A stretch of DNA of 64,000 bases, taken from Mobula hypostoma (Eukaryota). The stretch covers positions 102,302,001 to 102,366,000 of the forward strand of contig NC_086097.1 of assembly GCF_963921235.1 (NCBI RefSeq), written 5' to 3'. How positions within the stretch are numbered: position 1 is the stretch's first letter; each line of letters opens with the position of its first letter. This document shows, piece after piece, positions 39,501 through 51,954 of this stretch. The position numbers and the translations under genes were made by a program. The notes under the pieces are model-generated. The model was not told where the DNA came from, made no database searches, and saw nothing but the letters and a program-made list of their open reading frames with translations.

Positions 39501-40477
39501 TAGGAAGTTGATGCTGTTGATGTTATTTTCAGTGGCTTTATACTGGCTGACTGAACGCTCCTTCATCAGACTGCGTGGCTGTGCCAGTGTAAACCGTAGG
39601 TGGAGTGCCCCAGTCCGCAATTGAATCTGTCACTTAAACTCTCTGTCATGTCAGCTCATGCTACTGATGTACAATAGTCCTTTTTTCTTTCCATTAGGCA
39701 ATTACTGGACAAATGTGGCAAGTTAGCAAAGAATGATCAAATTGGCTAAATAACATCAATTTTGCCTTTATTTCATTTTGCAAAGAGGAGAAGCCTATGG
39801 TATCACAACAAATATTGTTGCCTGTAAGGGTAAATGGGACTATCATACTGTGTTTAAAGGTTTTATGAACTTAAATGTTGTAAGCTCTCAGTCTGCTTGA
39901 TTGTTAGTAGGGAACTTGGTTAAATATTTAGCACAACATATCAAATGCATTTTTATATACCAGTATTTTATCCACATAATCTTCACTTGAAAATATCTTT
40001 GGGCTTTGTTTAAGACTCGAATGCAGTCTTTTGCAAGAATTGTATTGTTCCACATGCCTTAATATAGCAAGATAATTATATATTGCTATATTAATATAAC
40101 AGAATGAGATATGTTAGTGTAAGCGGGATATAAGATCAAATCTGCAGAGCATTTATGGGAGCTTTATGTGCTCATAACTCCATTTATATTAATTAAATTA
40201 ACTTGTATTTTTCTCACAGTACCTCATAATCAGATTAGATTAGGCTGTTTAAAATGGTGTTTGACCGTCTTTCAGAGTAATTGAAAAGACTGTATTTTGA
40301 TATTCATAAAGGAATGATAGGGTGAAATGAGGTTTGCTACAAAAGATTATGGTTTTTTTTGGGGGGGGAGTAAAATAGTTGACTTCAAGACGAATGGTCT
40401 CAAATTCATATCCAGCTTGGTCCTTGCACACTTCCCGTCTCTGGCAGGTTGAGCACCCAGGTCTTTGCACACTTTGA

Positions 40478-40540
40478 CACATCCAGCTTTCACACATTTA
40501 ACAGATTTCACACATCTCACAGATTTCACACATCCAGCTG
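40478..40540. repeat. 18-bp-unit minisatellite, about 3 copies
   Basis: CAG(A/C)TTTCACACAT repeated with 18-bp periodicity. Confidence 0.7.
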
Positions 40541-42539
40541 GCATCTCCGCCTCATTTAAAACAAAGTCAAATGCTACAGAAAGGGCAAAAATGCTGCCCA
40601 ATGTGCTACAAGGCACACAAAGGAACAGCAAAATTGTTGAACAGACTGGACAGAGTAGAATGGCACTGGATATCAGGAGGAGTGCAACATTGATCAGTGC
40701 TTGGCCGTAGTCTATTACAGATCAGTTATTCAGATGAGCTTCCATATTTGATGACAATATCAATTTAAAATGGTAACTAGGTTGTTAGGAGAACGCAAAA
40801 TTCACAAAGATACATAGACAATACAAGCAATTAGGCAAGGATGTTAGAAACATCTCCTTGGGCCTGTGTTACCATTCAGTAAAATCATGGCCAATTGATC
40901 TGAACTTCGCTTTCCTCTGATTCCATTGCTTTCTCGAATATCCAGGAAGTCTTAAGAATGGTGACAGATAAAGTATAAGAACAGCAAACCTTGGAACCTC
41001 AGCAGATTAGGCAGAGTCTGTGGAAAGAGAAACACAATTTTTCTAGGGTTTCATACACTTTGTCATAACTGGGAGAGGGAAAAAAAAGCAAGTTTTCAGT
41101 TGTAGAGAAGTGGTGGAGGGACAGGTAGAACAAGGGAATCAGTAAATAGATGAATTAATCAATCAATAAATAGATAAATAAATAAATATATACTTTTTAT
41201 CCCCAGTAGGGTGAGACTAAATGGGCCAATAGAAGCAGATTATGCACACTATTCCAGGCCTTTAGTTACTGCACCCCTCCCCCCCATCGCCCCACCACCT
41301 TTGTTCATAAGTAGTAATGAAAACTTTTGCCATAAATTCTGGTCCAAGATTGTTACATTGGACCAAGTATTAAGTTTAAGTGAATGTTCCCCTGGAGGAT
41401 TCATACTAGAAATTTCATTGTAGCACATTAGGCAGGCTGAGTTTGAAATCTCCCTCTAGTTTCCCCTGCAATTTCAAGAGTAACATCATCTCCAGTAATT
41501 CCCTGCATTGCCAGTTTAATCTTCCTTGTGATTTCCCTTGCATTGTCGTCTTTCCCTTTGTTTCACAAAATGGTTGCTACATGTTCGACCAATTAAGTCT
41601 ACACTGGCTTTAAATTAGAGCAATACAGCTAGACCTACTCTCCTTGCCCTTCCCAAAGTCCCGCAAACTCTCCCCTCTCACATACTCATCCAGCTTCTCT
41701 TTCAATCCTGCAGTTGAACCCCCCCCCCCCCTCACTCCTCACCCCATCCCACTTCTTTCTAGCAGTCCGGTAGACCTGACATACTTGTTTTTAAAAAAAA
41801 GGTTTCATTGTTGTTTATTCATTTGCCAGTCACCTTCATTCCGTCTCCTTGTTCTTGACTCTTCTATCTACTCTGTCTATACCAGTCATGGTTTAAAATA
41901 CCTTCTTCAGATTTCTACACAGCGTTCTCTGTTCCTTTTTTATCCTCCTCTTTCCAAATGGGGATAAATTTTATAAAAGGTAATCATGACCTCCTTTCCC
42001 CAATGCCTCTACTTCTAAAGTCCAGGGTACTGTCAACAAATTCTACATATCACCCTCTTTCAAAATTGTGCTACTGCACTGTCTAAAAAAGACAATTTTC
42101 CTCTTGCTTAACCCTTACTTTGCCATTCACTGCATTAATTTTAACCTTTCCTTTAGTCTATCCTTGCATTGTCAGAAAATGACACTTTTCTGGTTTTTTC
42201 ATTCATTAATAAATGTTCAAGGACAGATTAGGGATAGCCAGGACAGCATTATATATAGGAAATGTGTCTCACAAATTTGATTTGAGGTTTTTGAAGAGGT
42301 AACCAAGAGGATTGACAAGGTGGGGTAGTAGACAGTCCCCAGTAGTGGCTGATCCAAAAGAACGGAACACAGGATGAGCTGTCCAATCAGGTATAAAATT
42401 TTTATGGTAGAAGCCAATGGATGGTAGTGCAGGGTTTTTTAGATTCAGAAAGTGATTCGTTTTGTGAAGTTAAATGGGGCAAGATATACACAGTGAATAG
42501 CAAGGACCAGGGGAATTTTGTTGAATGAGACCTTGTGGC

Positions 42540-43950
42540 ACCATAAAACCATAAGACATAGAATTAGGCCATTCAGCCCATCGAGTCTGCTCTGCCATCC
42601 CATCATGGCTGATCCTGGATTCCACTCAACCCCAAACACCAGCCTTCTCGCCATATTCTTTGACCAAACAGGGAACTATCAACTTCCACCTTAAATATAC
42701 CCACGGACTATGCCTCCACCACAGTCTGTAGCCGAGTGTTCCACAGATTCACTACTCTCTGGCAAAAAAATTCCTCCTTACCTCTGTTCTAAAAAGACAC
42801 CCCTCAATGCTGTGCCCTCTAGTTCTGGATACCCCCGCCATAGGAAACATCTTCTCCACATCCACCTTATCTTTTCCTTTCAACATTCAGTAGGTTTTAA
42901 TAAGATCCCCATGTGATGCCAAAAGCTCCTCATATGTTAACCCCTTCATTCCCAGAATCATCCTCATGAACCTTCTCTGGACTCTATGTGAAAAGCAGCG
43001 GTCCCAATACTGACCCTGGAGGAACACCACTAGTCACTGGCAGACAGCCAGAAAAGGCCTCTCCCCTTTATTCCCACTCGCTGTCAGCCAGTCCTCTATC
43101 CATGCCAATATCTTTACTATAATGCCATAGAATTTTATCTTGTTAAGGAGCCTCATGTGTGGCACCTGTCTCCTGAAAATCCAAGTAAATAACATTCACT
43201 GCCTCTTCTTTGTCCACCCTGCTTGTTTGAAGAACTCTAACAGATTTTTCAGGCAAGATTTCCCTATGCAGAAACCAAGTTGACTTTGAATTATTTTATC
43301 ATTAGTCTTCAAGTAGCCAGAAACCTTATCCTTAATAATGGACTCCGACACTTTCCCAACCACTGAGGTTAGGCTAACTGGCCTATAATTTTCTTTCTTT
43401 TGCCTTCCTCCCTTTGTAAAGAGTGGAGTGACACTTACAATTTTCCAGTCCTCCAGGACCATGCCAGAAACAAGTGATTCTTGAAAGATCATGACCAATG
43501 CATCTGTTATCTTTTCTGCAACTTTTCTCAGGACTCTGGGATGTAGTCCATCTGGTTCAGGTGACTGATCCACCTTATGATCATTGAGTTTGCCTGGCAC
43601 TTTTCCTTTGTAAACGGTAATGGCACTCGCTCCTGTTCCCTGACACTCACGGAACTCTGGCACACTGCTAGTGTCTTCCACAGCGTAGACAGATGCAAAA
43701 TGCCCATTAAGTTCATCTTCCATTTCTTTGTCCCCCATTACCACCTCACCAGCATCATTTTCCAGTGGTTCAATATCAACCCTCACCTCCCTTTTATTCT
43801 TTATATAATTGAAAAAAACCTTTAGTATCCTGCTTTATATTATTGGCTAGTCTGCCCTCATATTTCATCTTTTCCCTTCTAATAGCTTTTCTAGCTGCAT
43901 TTTGTTCGATTTTAAAAACTTCCCAATCATCCAACTTCCCACTCACTTTT
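42540..43950 (-). mobile_element. CR1 LINE 3' part (outermost host of the nest; 5' part at 51955-52720)
   Basis: ORF 43196-43786 (NYRPVSLTSVVGK, SCLKNLLEFF), CR1 3' end near 42545, internal deletions. Confidence 0.85.
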
Positions 43951-44298
43951 AAAAGTTGCTGGTAAACGCAGCAGGCCAGGCAGCATCTATAGGAAGAGGC
44001 GCAGTCGACGTTTCGGGCCGAGACCCTTCGTCAGGACTAACTGAAGGAAGAGTGAGTAAGGGATTTGAAAGCTGGAGGGGGAGGGGGAGATCCAAAATGA
44101 TAGGAGAAGACAGGAGGGGGAGGGATGGGGCCAAGAGCTGGACAGGTGATTGGCAAAAGGGATACGAGAGGATCACGGGACAGGAGGCCCAGGGAGAAGG
44201 AAAAGGGGGAGGGGGGAATCCCAGAGGATGGGCAAGGGGTATACTGAGAGGGACAGAGGGAGAAAAAGGAGAGACAGAGAAAGAATGTGTGTGTATAT
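43951..44298 (-). mobile_element. Penelope element 3'/pLTR part, split by the Gmr1-type Gypsy
   Basis: Nearly the same as 16258-16625; continues at 51389-51954. Confidence 0.9.
44003..44038 (-). ncRNA. Minimal hammerhead ribozyme, intact core
   Basis: AGTC-CTGACGA-AGGGTCTCGGCCC-GAAA-CGTC-GACT. Confidence 0.8.
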
Positions 44299-45198
44299 TG
44301 TTACGTACCCCGTAACTGGGTTGCCAAACCAGCAGAACTAGATCACTCAGTTGGAGTCTGGATTACTGGAACTAAGAAAGTTTTATTAAAGAAATAAGCA
44401 ACACAGTACTCTAATAGTAAGGATATAAATGCAACAGGTTAGCACTGAATAAACACACATGTACACAGAACTAGGATAATAGGATCAATCAAGCTCTATC
44501 GCAGTCTAGGGGTAAAATGTTCAATCACAAGTGACAGAGTTCAGTTTAGTTCAGTTCGCAGCAATCGTTGTTGTGCCGTTGAAGAGAGAGAGAGAGAGAG
44601 AGAGCGAGCGAATGCTGATATTCAAAATCGGATTCAACAGACCTTTGATATTTCTTGCAGTTAGCTTTCGGGCAAGCCCTTTGTAATGTCACCGACTGTG
44701 ACCCCTCCGTTTCCAGATACAATCGTTCCTCTGCGGTGAACCCAGCACCCAGGCAAGGGCGGACACACACCAGGTTCCCGCCGACCGCATCTTTCCACCC
44801 TGTGCGTCTATGGCTGGTCCCGCGACCAGCCCCCCCAAAAACCCCCACCGACTTGTGGGGGCGCACCGCTTCCAGGGTCTCGATACCTCGTGGTGTCGTG
44901 AGTGGTGTCTCGTGTGGTGTCTGTTGCCTTAGCGAACCCATCCCTTTTTATCCCCCTGTTGGGGTGTCTCCTGTCCATCACTTCAAACAGTTCAGGTTCA
45001 AAGCAAACCAGTCTTGACAATACCCAGACAGGTGTCTCCTTCCGTTAATCTCTCTCGTCTCTTCATTAACATTTCCAAATGCTGCTCCATTGTCTTACTT
45101 ATCTCTCTCTCCTGAAGACAGGTGGCAGATCAACTGTTGATCCCACTGGTGATAGCACAGGACAGTCAACATCTTAATCTATGTATACTTTCGTCACA
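44299..45198 (-). repeat. 3' LTR of the Gmr1-like element
   Basis: Direct repeat of 50480-51388. Minus-strand TATA-like GATAAAAAGGG (~44942-44952) and AATAAA (44382-44387); preceded by the PPT. Confidence 0.92.
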
Positions 45199-45314
45199 CC
45201 CCTCTCCTTCAAGGATTTTTACCGGGGTAAAAATTATAAGCATGAATACATTATTAGATATACACAAATATACATCTTCATCAGCTATTTGGCTAATACA
45301 GAGAATTTTAAGTT

Positions 45315-46457
45315 GTCAACACCTTGACAGACAGTCAGCAATCACATTTTCCGTTCCTTTTATATGTGTAATTTTAATAATCCTTTAAACCAGGCTCCAA
45401 TTTAGCAAACTTCATAGTGGCCGAAAACACTGATGAATCGTGATCAGTGTAACCTCTCATTGGGTTTCGTTCCGGACCACGATAACAAGGGTCGTCCCAT
45501 CCCGACTTAGTTTTCTTTCGCAAGGGCTTAGTAGGAGGGGGAGGGGTAGTACCAGCAAAGTTATTGCAAAACTTCCTACAGTACCCCACCATCTCCAAGA
45601 GCCTTCTGAGGGCCCTCTTGTCTGTCGGGGTTGGGATGTCAGAGATAGCCCGCACCTTAGCTTGCATCGCTGCCAGCTGCCCCTGTGTCACCACAATTCC
45701 CAGATAAGTGACCTTCGCGTGGCCGAACTCATTTTTTTCAAGGTTCACTATCAAGCTGGCTTCAGACAGCCGTATTACATTGCCAATATACACTTCTGTG
45801 TTCTTTAGCCCTTTCGTCACAGAATTACTCATTCTATAGGACTGTTGCTCACTAGGCTGACCTAACGTGACAAACACCACCCAACGTCCCAGTTCTTTGC
45901 ATCACCTCGGGACAATCAAACACATGTGTGTGAGCCATTTAATTAACTCTCCTAAAGAGTCGCTTTGTTTGGGGATTAAGGGAGAGACCTTATCAGCAGA
46001 GCTGGCCAAAACAATAGCCTTCTCTCATCTGGTTAGTACCATACTCACCTTTTCAAAATGGCTTTTCCCCTTATCAGGTGGCACCCTAGCTTCATTGATT
46101 TCCGTGCTAACACCGACTAGGTTTGTTAGCATATCAAAAGCCTGTGACCATCTCAGTTCGCGTCTGCAATAATCAATAACATCCTTCCTCCTGTGCAGCC
46201 ACAAAAACTCTCTCATGGCTTCGCCAACTGTTTCCTTCAGCACCTCAAAATGTCCACCGAGGGGTACTTTGTGGGCCAGGTTAAAAATCTCATCCCCATA
46301 ACTCTTTTGCACCACCCCCCATTCCTCATCTGCGGTACTTGGTCTCCCTTTCTTCCTTAGCACACCCTCCTCCACACAATAGCCTACTGGCTCTCTTTTT
46401 AATCTTGCTTCAGAGAGAGCTGTTTCCTCGTCTCGCTCCTGTACCTGTATAAAGTCC
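45315..46457 (-). pseudogene. Deleted pol remnant of the Gmr1-like element (integrase Zn finger, partial RT, RNase H C-terminus)
   Basis: AHKVPLGGHF...FLW...DVIDYCRR (46025-46375); VNLEKNEFGHAKVTYLG...LRRLLEMVGYCRKF (45374-45880); HIKGTENVIADCLSRC* at ~45315-45365. Confidence 0.8.
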
Positions 46458-46464
46458 TTCTTTT

Positions 46465-48601
46465 ATGCAATGGCAGGCATTTAAAGGTTGCATGGATGAA
46501 CTACAACAATTGTTCATCCCAGTTTGGCAAAAGAATAAATCAAGGAAGGTAGTGCACCCGTGGCTGACAAGAGAAATTAGGGATAGTATCAATTCCAAAG
46601 AAGTAGCATACAAATTAGCCAGAGAAAGTGGCTCACCTGAGGACTGGGAGAAATTCAGAGTTCAGCAGAGGAGGACAAAGGGCTTAATTAGGAAGGGGAA
46701 AAAAGATTATGAGAGAAAACTGGCAGAGAACATAAAAACGGACTGTAAAAGCTTTTATAGATATGTAAAAAGGAAAAGACTGATAAAGACAAATGTAGGT
46801 CCCCTGCAAACAGAAACAGGTGAATTGATTATGGGGAGCAAGGACATGGCAGACCAATTGAATAATTACTTTGGTTCTGTCTTCACTAAGGAGGACATAA
46901 ATAATCTTCCAGAAAAATAGTAAGGGACAGAGGGTCCAGTGAGATGGAGGAACTGAGCGAAATACATGTTAGTAGGGAAGTGGTGTTAGGTAAATTGAAG
47001 GGATTGAAGGCAGATAAATCCCCAGGGCCAGATGGTCTGCATCCCAGAGTGCTTAAGGAAGTGGCCCAAGAAATAGTGGATGCATTAGTGATAATTTTTC
47101 AAAACTCGTTAGATTCTGGACTAGTTCCTGAGGATTGGAGGGTGGCTAATGTAACCCCACTTTTTAAAAAAGGAGGGAGAGAGAAACCGGGGAATTATAG
47201 GCCGGTTAGCCTAACGTCGGTGGTGGGGAAACTGCTGGAGTCAGTTATCAAGGATGTGATAACAGCACATTTGGAAAGCGGTGAAATGATCGGACAAAGT
47301 CAGCATGGATTTGTGAAAGGAAAATCATGTCTGACGAATCTCATAGAATTTTTTGAGGATGTAACTAGTAGAGTGGATAGGGGAGAACCAGTGGATGTGG
47401 TATATTTGGATTTTCAAAAGGCTTTTGACAAGGTCCCACATAGGAGATTAGTGTGCAAACTTAAAGCACACGGTATTGGGGGTAAGGTATTGGTGTGGGT
47501 GGAGAATTGGTTAGCAGAGACAGGAAGCAAAGAGTGGGAATAAACGGGACCTTTTCAGAATGGCAGGCGGTGACTAGTGGGGTACCGCAAGGCTCAGTGC
47601 TGGGACCCCAGTTGTTTACAATATATATTAATGACTTGGATGAGGGAATTAAATGCAGCATCTCCAAGTTTGCGGATGACACGAAGCTGGGTGGCAGTGT
47701 TAGCAGTGAGGAGGATGCTAAGAGGATGCAGGGTGACTTGGATAGGTTGGGTGAGTGGGCAAACTCATGGCAGATGCAATTTAATGTGGATAAATGTGAA
47801 GTTATCCACTTTGGTGGCAAAAATAGGAAAACAGATTATTATCTGAATGGTGGCCGATTAGGAAAAGGGGAGGTGCAACGAGACCTGGGTGTCATTATAC
47901 ACCAGTCATTGAAAGTGGGCATGCAGGTACAGCAGGCGGTGAAAAAGGCGAACGGTATGCTGGCATTTATAGCGAGAGGATTTGAGTACAGGAGCAGGGA
48001 GGTACTACTGCAGTTGTACAAGGCCTTGGTGAGACCACACCTGGAGTATTGTGTGCAGTTTTGGTCCCCTAATCTGAGGAAAGACATCTTTGCCATAGAG
48101 GGAGTACAAAGAAGGTTCACCAGATTGATTCCTGGGATGGCAGGTCTTTCATATGAAGAAAGACTGGATGAACTGGGCTTGTACTCGTTGGAATTTAGAA
48201 GATTGAGGGGGGATCTGATTGAAACGTATAAGATCCTAAAGGGATTGGACAGGCTAGATGCGGGAAGATTGTTCCCGATGTTGGGGAGGTCTAGAACGAG
48301 GGGTCACAGTTTGAGGATAGAGGGGAAGCCTTTTAGGACCGAGGTTAGGAAAAACTTCTTCACACAGAGAGTGGTGAATCTGTGGAATTCTCTGCCACAG
48401 CAAACTGTTGAGGCCAGTTCATTAGCTATGTTTAAAAGGAAGTTAGATATGGCCCTTGTGGCTACAGGGGTCGGGGGGTATGGAGGGAAGGCTGGGTTCT
48501 GAGTTGGATGATCAGCCATGATCATAATAAATGGCGGTGCAGGCTCAAAGGGCCGAATGGCCTACTCCTGCACCTATTTTCTATGTTTCTATGTTTCTAT
48601 G
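46465..48601 (+). mobile_element. Young 5'-truncated CR1 inserted in the Gmr1 ORF, 7-bp TSD TTCTTTT
   Basis: TSD at 46458-46464 and 48602-48608. ORF2 in three frames (46465-46920, 46944-47543, 47495-48502), (TTCTATGT)n tail, same subfamily as 9081-10533. Confidence 0.95.
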
Positions 48602-50379
48602 TTCTTTTCTATTGATAAATCTACCTTAATTTCCCCACTTCCTCCTGTTTCATTATGCTCCTTCTTTTCACTTTCTACCCCCTCCTCGTACAAGGCTGGT
48701 AGAAACGTCTCAGCAGCCTCTCTGGACATACAGCGAGTCACTGCGCAAACAGGATGAACCTGTGAGTCCATGGGCGGGGCCTCAATGCTGACAGGCTGAC
48801 CTGTCAATCTCACTGCCGAGAACACAATTCCCCTGGCAAGGTCATTACCGAGCAAGACTTCCACGCCTTTCATCGGTAATTCGGGCCTCACCCCGATCGT
48901 GACTAGTCCAGAGACCAAGTTGCTTTGTAGGTGTATCTGGTGCAAAGGGACTGCTTCTGTCCCTTCCCCAATACCTTTGACCCTGACCTCCCCAGTCTGG
49001 GTCTCTGAGCTAAACTCTAACACACTCTTCAATATCAATGACTGACACACTCCCATGTCTCTCCAGATCCGTACTGGAACTGGGTTTAACCCCTCCTTCA
49101 CTAACACCACACCGGCCGAGATAAACCTCTCGCGCCCTTCCTGAACTTTGGCAGACCTTTCCTCTCCTAGCGGTTCGTTTACCAGCATGATACAGCCAGT
49201 CGAAATCGCCGTTTTTCCTTTCCCTGTCTCCTTCTTTGGGGCAAAGCACCTGGACACAAAGTGTCCGACTTTCCCACAATTATAACAGACGACCCCAGGA
49301 GACTTCCTACCAGACTGCTCCTGGTCTACCTTATCCTTCTCACTCTTCCCCGGCTTACTTACTGACTTTTCCGGCGGACTCTCCCCGCCGTCCTGACTAC
49401 CCTTCTGGTAGCCTTTACTCGGGGCAAACTTCATTTTATGCGTCAACGCATACTCATCCGCTAACTTAGCAGTTGCGGCTAACATGGCTGCCTCTTTCTC
49501 ACCTAGGTAGGGTCTCATACCGTCAGGGACACAACCTTTAAACTGCTCAATCAGGATCAGCTGTAGCAGTCTGTCATAATCCCCAATTACCCCCTTCGAG
49601 GCGCACCAATGCTCACAATATGTCTGCATCTCACGGGCAAACTCTAAATACGTGCGGTCCCACTGTTTCCTCGCATTCCGGAACCTCTGCCGGTATGCTT
49701 CCGGGACCAACTTATAAATCCTGAGGATGGCCTCTTTCACCACCTCATACCTCTGGGCATCTTCCGCGGACAAAGCTGAGTAAGCTTGTTGGGCTTTTCC
49801 TTTAAGTACACTCTGAAGCAAAACAGCCCACTTATCCCTCGGCCAGTCCTGACTTGCAGCAACTTTTTTGAAATGAAGAAAGTACCGATCCACATCGGTA
49901 TCGTCAAATGGGGGAACCAGCCTAACCTCCTGGGTCGCCCTGAACCCTCCACCTTGGTCTGACATGGGTCCCTGTTCTGCCCTTATCTTTAACCTTTCCA
50001 GCTCGAATTCCCTTTCCCTCTGTTTCTCCTCTTGCTCCAACTGCCTCTCTTTCTCTCTCTCCTGCCGTTCTAACTGTTTCTCTTTCTCTTCGTGTTCTAG
50101 CTGCCGTACCCGGAACTCGTGCTCGAATCTCAGTTTTTCAAGCTGCACCTGTACTGCGTCTCCACTAGGTTTTCCAATAGACACCATCCCCAGCTCCCCT
50201 TGGGGAAACACACCTTTAGATACATAGTGCTCTACGATAGCTCCGTGTATCTCCTCTCTCCTCATTGTCGACTTCCCCTTAACAAGATTCAACCGTTTGG
50301 CCACAGCTGCCAATTCCGCTTTCCTGGCATCCTCTAATGCCTCCAAGTTCGGTGCCTTTAGAAATTCCTCATTCTCCAT
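48589..50379 (-). CDS. Retrotransposon Gag (coiled coil, SCAN-like capsid, CCHC knuckle) plus aspartic protease, 596 aa, truncated by the CR1 insertion
   Basis: Open frame from a true ATG: VPPFDDTDVDRYFLHF..VA....WP...W, VPEAYRQRFR, LILIEQF, CYNCGKVGHFVSRC, protease-like RDMG...LLGND. Confidence 0.85.
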   Translation of the reverse strand: MENEEFLKAPNLEALEDARKAELAAVAKRLNLVKGKSTMRREEIHGAIVEHYVSKGVFPQGELGMVSIGKPSGDAVQVQLEKLRFEHEFRVRQLEHEEKEKQLERQEREKERQLEQEEKQREREFELERLKIRAEQGPMSDQGGGFRATQEVRLVPPFDDTDVDRYFLHFKKVAASQDWPRDKWAVLLQSVLKGKAQQAYSALSAEDAQRYEVVKEAILRIYKLVPEAYRQRFRNARKQWDRTYLEFAREMQTYCEHWCASKGVIGDYDRLLQLILIEQFKGCVPDGMRPYLGEKEAAMLAATAKLADEYALTHKMKFAPSKGYQKGSQDGGESPPEKSVSKPGKSEKDKVDQEQSGRKSPGVVCYNCGKVGHFVSRCFAPKKETGKGKTAISTGCIMLVNEPLGEERSAKVQEGRERFISAGVVLVKEGLNPVPVRIWRDMGVCQSLILKSVLEFSSETQTGEVRVKGIGEGTEAVPLHQIHLQSNLVSGLVTIGVRPELPMKGVEVLLGNDLARGIVFSAVRLTGQPVSIEAPPMDSQVHPVCAVTRCMSREAAETFLPALYEEGVESEKKEHNETGGSGEIKVDLSIEKNIET

Positions 50380-50479
50380 TTCTGCTGTTTGCCTTTTCTT
50401 TCTTTCGGGAATTTTAACCCAATCAATTTACCCCGTCCCCAAATTTAGTGTTCAAAATCGCGGACGAGAACCCCACTTA

Positions 50480-50761
50480 TGTTACGTACCCTGTAACTGG
50501 GTTGCCAAACCAGCAGAAATGGATCACTCAGTTGGAGTCTGGATTACTGGAACTAAGAAAGTTTTATTAAAGAAATAAGCAACACAGTACTCTAATAGTA
50601 AGGATATAAATGCAACAGGTTAGCACTGAATAAACACACATGTACACAGAACTAGGATAATAGGATCAATCAAGCTCTATCGCAGTCTAGGGGTAAAATG
50701 TTTAATCACAAGTGACAGAGTTCAGTTTAGTTCAGTTCGCAGCAATCGTTGTTGTGCCGTT

Positions 50762-50794
<33 letters not shown>

Positions 50795-51388
50795 AAATGC
50801 TGATATTCAAAATCGGATTCAACAGACCTTTGATATTTCTTGCAGTTAGCTTTCGGGCAAGCCCTTTGTAATTTCTTCTGAGGTCACCGACTGTGACCCC
50901 TCCGTTTTCAGATACGATCGTTTCTCTGCGGTGAACCCGGCACCCAGGCAAGGGTGGACACACACCAGGTTCCCACCGACCGAATCTTTCCAACCTGTGC
51001 ATCTATGGCTGGTCCCGTGACCAGCCCTCCAAAACTCGCACGACTTGTGGGGGCGCACTGCTTCCAGGGTCTCGATACCTCGTGGTGTCATGAGTGGTGT
51101 CTCGTGTGGTGTCTGTTGCCTTAGTGAACCCATCCCTTTTTATCCCCCTATTGGGGTATTGCCTGCCAATCACTTCAAACAGTTCAGGTTCAAAGCAAAC
51201 CAGTCTTGACAATACCCAGATCGGTGTCTCCTTCCGTTAATCTCTCTCGTCTCTTCATTAACATTTCCAAATGCTGCTCCATTGTCTTACTTATCTCTCT
51301 CCTGAAGACAGGTGGCAGATCAACTGTTGGTCCCACTGGTGATAGCACAGGACAGTCAAATTCTTAGTCTATGTGTACTTTCGTCACA
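50480..51388 (-). repeat. 5' LTR of the Gmr1-like element
   Basis: Direct repeat of 44299-45198, followed on the minus strand by the PBS TGGGGTTCTCGTCCGCGAT. Confidence 0.92.
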
Positions 51389-51954
51389 ATATAAATAAAT
51401 AACGGATGGGGTACGAAGGGGAGGTGGTGCATTAACGGAAGTTAGAGAAGTCAATGTTCATGCCGTCAGGTTGGAGGCTACCCAGACGGAGTATAAGGTG
51501 TTGTTCCTCCAACCTGAGTGTGGCTTCATCTCTACAGTAGAGGAGGCCGTGGATAGACATATCAGAATGGGATTGGGACATGGAATTAAAATGTGTGGCC
51601 ACTGGGAGATCCTGCTTTCTCTGATGGACAGAGCGTAGGTGTTCAGCGAAACGATCCCCCCGTCTGCGTCGGGTCTCGCCAATATATAGAAGCCCACATC
51701 GAGAGCACCGGACCCAGTATATCACCCCAGCCAGCCCACAGGTGAAGTGTCGCCTCACCTGGAAGGACTGTCTGGGGCCCTGAATGGTGGTGAGGGAGGA
51801 AGTGTAAGGGCATGTGTAGCACTTGTTCCGCTTACACGGATAAGTGCCAGGACGGAGATCAGTGGGGAGGGATGGGGGAGATGAATGGACAAGGGAGTCA
51901 CGTAGGGAGCGATCCCTGTGGAAAGCGGGGGGGGGGGAGGGAAAGATGTGTTTA
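51389..51954 (-). mobile_element. Penelope element GIY-YIG part (continuation of 43951-44298)
   Basis: ORF 51432-51971: PCKRNKCYTC...VIYWVRCSRCGLLYIGET...QPDGMNIDF. Confidence 0.9.

Larger units (their letters stand above)
44299..51388 (-). mobile_element. Gmr1-like Gypsy LTR retrotransposon with deleted pol, both LTRs and 4-bp TSD
   Basis: ~900-bp LTRs 44299-45198 and 50480-51388 (TG...CA), TSD ATAT (44295-44298, 51389-51392), tRNA-Pro-like PBS 50457-50475, PPT GAAGGAGAGGGG 45199-45210. Domain order gag-PR-IN(Zn)-RT-RH. Confidence 0.92.

Noticed and set aside
39560..39680. Unique-looking block, possible conserved non-coding element
   Set aside because: Conservation cannot be judged from a single sequence.
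40347..40710. ORFs with CVKSVR / THLTDF repeats
   Set aside because: Produced by an 18-bp minisatellite; no splice or homology support.
44546..45020. ORFs inside the LTRs (repeated at 50727-51212)
   Set aside because: Frames differ between the two LTRs because of indels, and no domain is recognisable.
48589..50379. Possible domesticated host SCAN/PNMA-like gene
   Set aside because: It lies between two very similar LTRs with PBS, PPT and TSD and is disrupted by a CR1, so it is a retroelement gag rather than a host gene.
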